Source: Betaproteobacteria bacterium (lineage in GTDB: Bacteria; Pseudomonadota; Gammaproteobacteria; Burkholderiales; SG8-41). Taken from it: DNA of 39,235 bases. The translations under genes were made by a program, and so were the position numbers. Positions 34,457 through 39,235 of this stretch are shown one piece after another. The stretch's first letter is position 1. Each line of letters starts with the position of its first letter. The notes under the pieces were generated by a model that made no database searches, was not told where the DNA came from, and was given only the letters and a program-made list of their open reading frames with translations. The stretch lies in the NCBI GenBank assembly GCA_031427895.1, contig JANPOH010000388.1, positions 1 through 39,235 on the forward strand, read 5' to 3'.

Positions 34457-35401
34457 TGTAATTTTCGCTACAGTGCTTTTTAGCGCGGCCCGCTCGCTGG
34501 CATGCGTGACCAACGGCCTTCGCAAGCGGCACTGCGACACCAGTTTTCGATAATAAGCCGCTTCGTTTTCCGCGCGTGACAGCAGCTTAGCCAACGCGCG
34601 CGCATCTTCCAGCGTGTAGTAACCGGCGTAATCTTTTCCCAGCACGCCGATATTCCCCGACACGCGCGAGGCGATCACCGGCACCCTATTCGCCAGCGCC
34701 TCGCTCACCACATTGGCGCCGCCTTCCATGCGCGAGCTGATGACCATCAAACGGCTGCGTGCCAGCAGGCGCAACGCCTTGCCGTGCGCGACTTCGCCGA
34801 GCCAGCGATAGCGCGGCTCGCGCGCCATCCACTGCTGGGCTTCCTGCGCCATTGGCGGCGACATCGCGCCGCCGAGGTGCGTAATGCGGATGCGGCTATC
34901 CCGCGGCAAAAACGCCAATGCAGCCGCTGCGCGAAACGGATCTTTTTCCTCGCGCAGATGGCCGCTGACGGTGATCTCGAAACACGATTTTAATGCGGGT
35001 ACTCGCGGCACGACCCGCGCCGACTGATACACCACGCTGGTTTTCCGGCGCAGCGTGGGCGACAGTTCGGCAAGGCCCATCTCCTGCAACACAATCATGC
35101 GCGTGGCGAGCTGCATTGACTCCTGCGCCGTCTCGTCCGTGTGTATGTCGCGGTAAAGATCGGTGCCCGTCAGCGCCAGTATCAACGGATGATCCGGGCA
35201 GCACAGCGCAAAATTGCGAATTGAATCGTGGCTGCGTCGCGCATGCAGCGCCAGCATCAGATCAACCGGCGCGCCATCCCAATCCATCTGTATCGACACC
35301 GTGTGGCCCAACTCACGCAACATGCCCGCCCAGCGCGTGGCGGTGCCGCGATTGCCGTGACGTGAACCGGGCGCGGCGGGCGTGATGAGAGCGATTTTCA
35401 A
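34454..35401 (-). CDS. senB: SenB-like GT-B glycosyltransferase (putative selenosugar synthase)
   Basis: ITPA...SRHGNR.TA.RW, ALHARRS, LTGTDLYRD, GHLR.EKDP, SRMEGGANV match the SenB/TIGR04348 family as I recall it. Adjacent to senA. TTG start at 35401 (MKIALIT) or 35410. Confidence 0.85.
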   Translation of the reverse strand: MKIALITPAAPGSRHGNRGTATRWAGMLRELGHTVSIQMDWDGAPVDLMLALHARRSHDSIRNFALCCPDHPLILALTGTDLYRDIHTDETAQESMQLATRMIVLQEMGLAELSPTLRRKTSVVYQSARVVPRVPALKSCFEITVSGHLREEKDPFRAAAALAFLPRDSRIRITHLGGAMSPPMAQEAQQWMAREPRYRWLGEVAHGKALRLLARSRLMVISSRMEGGANVVSEALANRVPVIASRVSGNIGVLGKDYAGYYTLEDARALAKLLSRAENEAAYYRKLVSQCRLRRPLVTHASERAALKSTVAKIT

Positions 35402-35448
35402 GATTGGCAATCAGGGATACACTCGTGCAACTATAACAAATGTTCTCG

Positions 35449-36759
35449 ATGACCCCCGCACAAATTGCGCCCGATGCGGCGACGCTCCGCGACATGCTAC
35501 GCGCCGCGCGTGCGCGCACACTGGCGTTCGCCGGCAGCTTGCAGCCCGAACAATGGCTCGGTCCGCGGTTGAACATCGTCAATCCGCCGCTGTGGGAGCT
35601 GGGCCACCTCGCGTGGTTTCAGGAGCACTGGTGTTTACGCCATGGTTTTCATGACGCCAGCGGTTCGCTTGCACCATCCGTGCGCGAGTCAGCAGACGCC
35701 CTTTACAACTCCGCGACCGTTCCGCACGACGCGCGCTGGACGCTGCCGCTGCTGTCAATCGAACAAACGCTGGCGTATCTGCGCGAGGTATTCGATGCCG
35801 TGCAGGCGCGCATTGACCGCGAAGGCGCCACGGAACACCTGCGCTACTTCGTGCAGCTCGCGGTGTTTCACGAAGACATGCATAACGAAGCGTTTCACTA
35901 TACCCGTCAGACGCTGGGGTATGCGGGTGAAAAAGAACCTAAAAAACAAGTAGTTACAACAGAACCATGCAGCGGCGATGCCGTCATCGGCGGCGGGCGG
36001 TTCATGCTCGGCGCGCGGGCGGGCGAAGGTTTTGTGTTCGACAACGAAAAGTGGGCGCATGAAGTCGACGTGCGCCCGTTTCGCATGGCGCGCAGCGCAG
36101 TCACCAACGCCGAGTTTGCCGCGTTCGTGAACGATGGCGGTTATCAGCGGCGCGAATGCTGGAGCGCCGAGGGCTGGCAGTGGCGCACACAGGCGAACGC
36201 CGACGCGCCTGTGTACTGGATCAAGCAGGGCGCGGGTTGGCAAGTGCGCTGCTTCGATCAGACCACCGCACTTGCACGCACCGCCGCCGTGATCCACGTA
36301 AACTGGCATGAGGCCGACGCTTATTGCCACTGGGCGCAACGTCGCCTGCCGACCGAGGCCGAGTGGGAATTCGCCGCCGCCACCGTGCCGGGGGATATCA
36401 CCCGCAAGCGGCGTTATCCGTGGGGCGATACGCTGCCGCGGACGCATCATGCCAACCTGTTTGGGTGGGCATCCGAGCCGGTGGATGTGGCCGCGTTTGC
36501 CGCGGGCGACAGCGCGTGGGGCGTGCGCCAGATGCTTGGCAATGTGTGGGAGTGGACGGCGGACTGGTTTGGACCGTACCCCGGCTTCGTGCGCGACCCG
36601 TATAAAGAATATTCCGAGCCGTGGTTCGGCAAGCACAAAGTGCTGCGCGGCGGCTGCTACGCTACCCGCGCGAGTTTGTTGCGGAACACCTGGCGAAATT
36701 TTTACACGCCAGATCGGCGCGACGTGCTGGCGGGTTTCAGAACCTGCGCGGTGGATTGA
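35449..36759 (+). CDS. senA: SenA-like non-heme iron enzyme (EgtB homologue, putative selenoneine synthase): DinB-like plus FGE-sulfatase domains
   Basis: NPPLWELGHLAWFQEHW and FHEDMHNE supply a 3-His metal site. FVFDNE, RRLPTEAEWE, GNVWEW, VLRGG and RNFY.P.RRD..AGFRTC mark the FGE fold. Start 35440 or 35449. Confidence 0.85.
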   Translation: MTPAQIAPDAATLRDMLRAARARTLAFAGSLQPEQWLGPRLNIVNPPLWELGHLAWFQEHWCLRHGFHDASGSLAPSVRESADALYNSATVPHDARWTLPLLSIEQTLAYLREVFDAVQARIDREGATEHLRYFVQLAVFHEDMHNEAFHYTRQTLGYAGEKEPKKQVVTTEPCSGDAVIGGGRFMLGARAGEGFVFDNEKWAHEVDVRPFRMARSAVTNAEFAAFVNDGGYQRRECWSAEGWQWRTQANADAPVYWIKQGAGWQVRCFDQTTALARTAAVIHVNWHEADAYCHWAQRRLPTEAEWEFAAATVPGDITRKRRYPWGDTLPRTHHANLFGWASEPVDVAAFAAGDSAWGVRQMLGNVWEWTADWFGPYPGFVRDPYKEYSEPWFGKHKVLRGGCYATRASLLRNTWRNFYTPDRRDVLAGFRTCAVD

Positions 36760-36766
36760 GAGTGAC

Positions 36767-37540
36767 GTGAAACAAATTACCTCGGCGGATAACGCGCAAT
36801 TCAAATCGTTGCTGAAATTGGTTGAGTCATCGCGCGAACGCAGGCTTGCGGGGCTGTCGTTGCTCGACGGCGCGCATCTGGTGCAAGCCTACCTGCAACA
36901 TCGCGGCGCACCCGAACAACTCATCGTCAGCCAATCCGGCGCCGGCAAAACGGAAATCAAAACGCTGCTGCAAAGTGCTGCGACGGCGCTGCTGTTAAGC
37001 GACAACCTGTTCAAACAACTGTCGTCGGTAGCCACGCCCACCGGCATCATTGCGGCCATCAAAACACCGCGCCGCGAAACCCTGCCTGCGACGCTCGACA
37101 CCTGTGTCATGCTGGAAGACATCCAGGACCCCGGCAATCTCGGATCAATACTACGCTCGTGCGCCGCCGCAGGCTTAAAACAAATATTCCTTTCAAAACA
37201 AACAGTTAACGCATGGTCGCCGCGCGTGCTGCGCGCGGCCATGGGCGCACATTTCGGTGTGGAGATTTACGAGCGCATCGATCTCATCGCGCTCGCCCGT
37301 GCGTACCCGGGGCGCGTGCTGGTGACGCAATTGGGCGCAACGCAGAGCGTGTTTAACAGTGATCTCACCGGCAAAGTCGCGTTCGTTTTTGGCAACGAAG
37401 GGGCCGGTGTATCCGCTGCGCTGCTGCACTGCGCGCACGAATCGATTGCGATACCCATCAGCGCCGCGACGGAATCTCTTAATGTTGCGGCGGCAGCGGC
37501 GGTGTGCTTGTTTGAGCGGGTGCGGCAACTTCATCAATAA
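36767..37540 (+). CDS. TrmH/SpoU-family RNA 2'-O-methyltransferase
   Basis: GTG start (MKQITSADN), [33 protein letters not shown]. Confidence 0.93.
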   Translation: MKQITSADNAQFKSLLKLVESSRERRLAGLSLLDGAHLVQAYLQHRGAPEQLIVSQSGAGKTEIKTLLQSAATALLLSDNLFKQLSSVATPTGIIAAIKTPRRETLPATLDTCVMLEDIQDPGNLGSILRSCAAAGLKQIFLSKQTVNAWSPRVLRAAMGAHFGVEIYERIDLIALARAYPGRVLVTQLGATQSVFNSDLTGKVAFVFGNEGAGVSAALLHCAHESIAIPISAATESLNVAAAAAVCLFERVRQLHQ

Positions 37541-38361
37541 ATCCGCCGCTCCAACTTAGCCTGCTGCATGATGGTAGTAGCCAGCTCTTCAACTGACTTA
37601 CTCGTGGCGTCCAGAAACGGAATATTCTCGCGGCGCATCAGCGCTTCGGCTTCGCGGATTTCGTATTCGCAGTTTTTTAATTCCGCATAGGTGCTATTGG
37701 GGCGGCGTTCACTGCGGATGCTTTGCAGGCGCGTGGCGGTGATGGTCAGGCCGTAGAGTTTGTGGCGCAGCGGGCGCAGGGATACAGGCAACTGGCGGCC
37801 GCCGAAATCTTCGGGGATGAACGGATAGTTTGCCGCGCGGATGCCGAACTGCATCGACAGATAAAGACACGTGGGCGTTTTGCCGCATCGCGACACGCCG
37901 ACGAGTATTACGTCAGCTTCAGCCAGATCGCGCGTGGACACGCCGTCGTCGTGCGACAGGGTGTAGTTCACCGACTCCATGCGCTTATAGTAATTGACGA
38001 TATCGTTGACGTTGTGGGTGCGCCCGATGGCGTGAGAGGCGCGCGCCCCGAGTTCGTTTTCGAGCGGCGCGATGAAAATCTGGAAGCAATCGAGGAACAG
38101 CGCGTTGGCCTCGCCCACGGCAGCGGCAATTTCGACGTTCGCCAGCGTGCTGATGATAATCGGGCGCAGGCCGTCGGCCACGGCGGCGGCGTTAATGTTT
38201 TGCACCGCTTCTTGCGCTTTATCAAGGTTGTCGATAAAGGGCAGGGTAGTCTCGTGCAAGCCTAGGCCGTCGAACTGCGAGAGCAGGCTGTGACCCAGCA
38301 TCTCGGCGGTGATCGCCGTGCGGTCTGAAACAAAGAAGGCGCTGCGTCGGTGGGCAGTCAT
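37534..38361 (-). CDS. ppsR: PEP synthase regulatory protein (kinase/pyrophosphorylase)
   Basis: [30 protein letters not shown]. Divergent from ppsA. Confidence 0.95.
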   Translation of the reverse strand: MTAHRRSAFFVSDRTAITAEMLGHSLLSQFDGLGLHETTLPFIDNLDKAQEAVQNINAAAVADGLRPIIISTLANVEIAAAVGEANALFLDCFQIFIAPLENELGARASHAIGRTHNVNDIVNYYKRMESVNYTLSHDDGVSTRDLAEADVILVGVSRCGKTPTCLYLSMQFGIRAANYPFIPEDFGGRQLPVSLRPLRHKLYGLTITATRLQSIRSERRPNSTYAELKNCEYEIREAEALMRRENIPFLDATSKSVEELATTIMQQAKLERRIY

Positions 38362-38435
38362 GATTTCGTAAGGATTGTGGCGGCGCAGCAATTGTCTGTA
38401 ATATACCGCTTTTCACACGCAGCAGGAACACGACC

Positions 38436-39235
38436 ATGACCCCGCGCCCTTACGTGCTCGACCTTTCCACTTTACGCATGAGCGATGTCGGCATCGTCGG
38501 CGGCAAAAATGCTTCGCTGGGCGAAATGATCGGGCACCTGAGCGGCGCGGGGGTGCGGGTGCCGGGCGGTTTTGCGACCACCGCGCATGCGTTCCGGGAT
38601 TTTCTGGCGCACGAGGGCTTGGACAAACGTATCGAAGCGCGCCTTGCGACGCTGAATGTCGATGACGTCAATGCGTTGGCGGCGGCGGGCAAAGAGATAC
38701 GCAGCTGGATCGTGGCGCAGCAATTCTCCGCTGCGCTCAAGACAGCGATTGCCGATGCCTATCATCCGCTGGCGCAGGCGGCCGGCGCGGAGGTCGCTTT
38801 TGCGGTGCGCTCGTCCGCCACCGCCGAAGACTTGCCCGATGCTTCGTTCGCCGGTCAGCAGGAAACGTTTCTGAATGTGCATGGCCTCGATAACGTGCTG
38901 GAGGCGATCAAGCATGTATTCGCGTCGCTGTATAACGATCGCGCGATTTCGTACCGGGTGCATCAGGGTTTTATCCACGCCGAGGTGGCGTTGTCGGCGG
39001 CGGTGCAGCGCATGGTGCGTAGTGATCTGGGCGCGAGCGGGGTGATGTTCACCATCGACACCGAATCCGGCTTCGATCAGGTGGTGTTCATCACGTCGGC
39101 CTACGGGCTGGGTGAAACGGTGGTTCAGGGCCAAGTGAACCCTGATGAATTTTATGTTTATAAACAATCACTTATGAATAATCGCCCGGCGATACTGCGG
39201 CGCGGCCTGGGTTCCAAAGCGGTGCGTATGGTGTA
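38436..39235 (+). CDS. ppsA: Phosphoenolpyruvate synthase, 5' part (runs off the window)
   Basis: Not in the ORF track. ATG 38436 reads [32 protein letters not shown]...VPGGFATT...[25 protein letters not shown]...[17 protein letters not shown]. Confidence 0.97.
   Translation, partial: MTPRPYVLDLSTLRMSDVGIVGGKNASLGEMIGHLSGAGVRVPGGFATTAHAFRDFLAHEGLDKRIEARLATLNVDDVNALAAAGKEIRSWIVAQQFSAALKTAIADAYHPLAQAAGAEVAFAVRSSATAEDLPDASFAGQQETFLNVHGLDNVLEAIKHVFASLYNDRAISYRVHQGFIHAEVALSAAVQRMVRSDLGASGVMFTIDTESGFDQVVFITSAYGLGETVVQGQVNPDEFYVYKQSLMNNRPAILRRGLGSKAVRMV

Noticed and set aside
36308-36766. 153-aa N-terminal extension of the TrmH-family ORF overlapping senA
   Set aside because: Alternative-frame read of senA. 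Family similarity begins at GTG 36767.
36757-36800. Possible selenocysteine read-through of the senA TGA
   Set aside because: The protein ends where the family normally ends (GFRTC..), the next gene is in a different frame, and I see no SECIS-like hairpin.
38472-39167. 231-aa minus-strand ORF at the right end
   Set aside because: Antisense to ppsA, which the ORF track omitted because it has no stop inside the window.

Overview
GC-rich betaproteobacterial chromosomal segment, almost all housekeeping: (partial SHOCT gene)-ybaB-recR-rluB >< prmB-pilU-hypothetical-dapD-dapC-queF <> smc-zipA-ligA-hpt-MTI phosphorylase-def >< glnD-map <> rpsB-tsf-pyrH-frr-uppS-cdsA-dxr-rseP-bamA-skp-lpxD-fabZ-lpxA-lpxB-rnhB >< senB <> senA-trmH-family >< ppsR <> ppsA (partial). 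I saw no tRNA, rRNA, CRISPR array or transposase. Four things stand out. (1) A divergent senB/senA pair (selenoneine-type biosynthesis) sits between rnhB and the TrmH-family gene, with no senC/selD in the window. (2) The ybaB ORF is chimeric: its N-terminus is a signal peptide plus Met-rich segment, joined at [10 protein letters not shown], and could be a real fusion or a misassembly. (3) An AT-rich ~17-bp motif (TAAsWnnTTGwTTw, IHF-like) occurs at least 9 times, including inside CDSs. (4) rluB and prmB overlap convergently by 313 bp across a 27-bp tandem repeat that is open on both strands. All calls come from recognising motifs and gene order by eye; no database searches were run.
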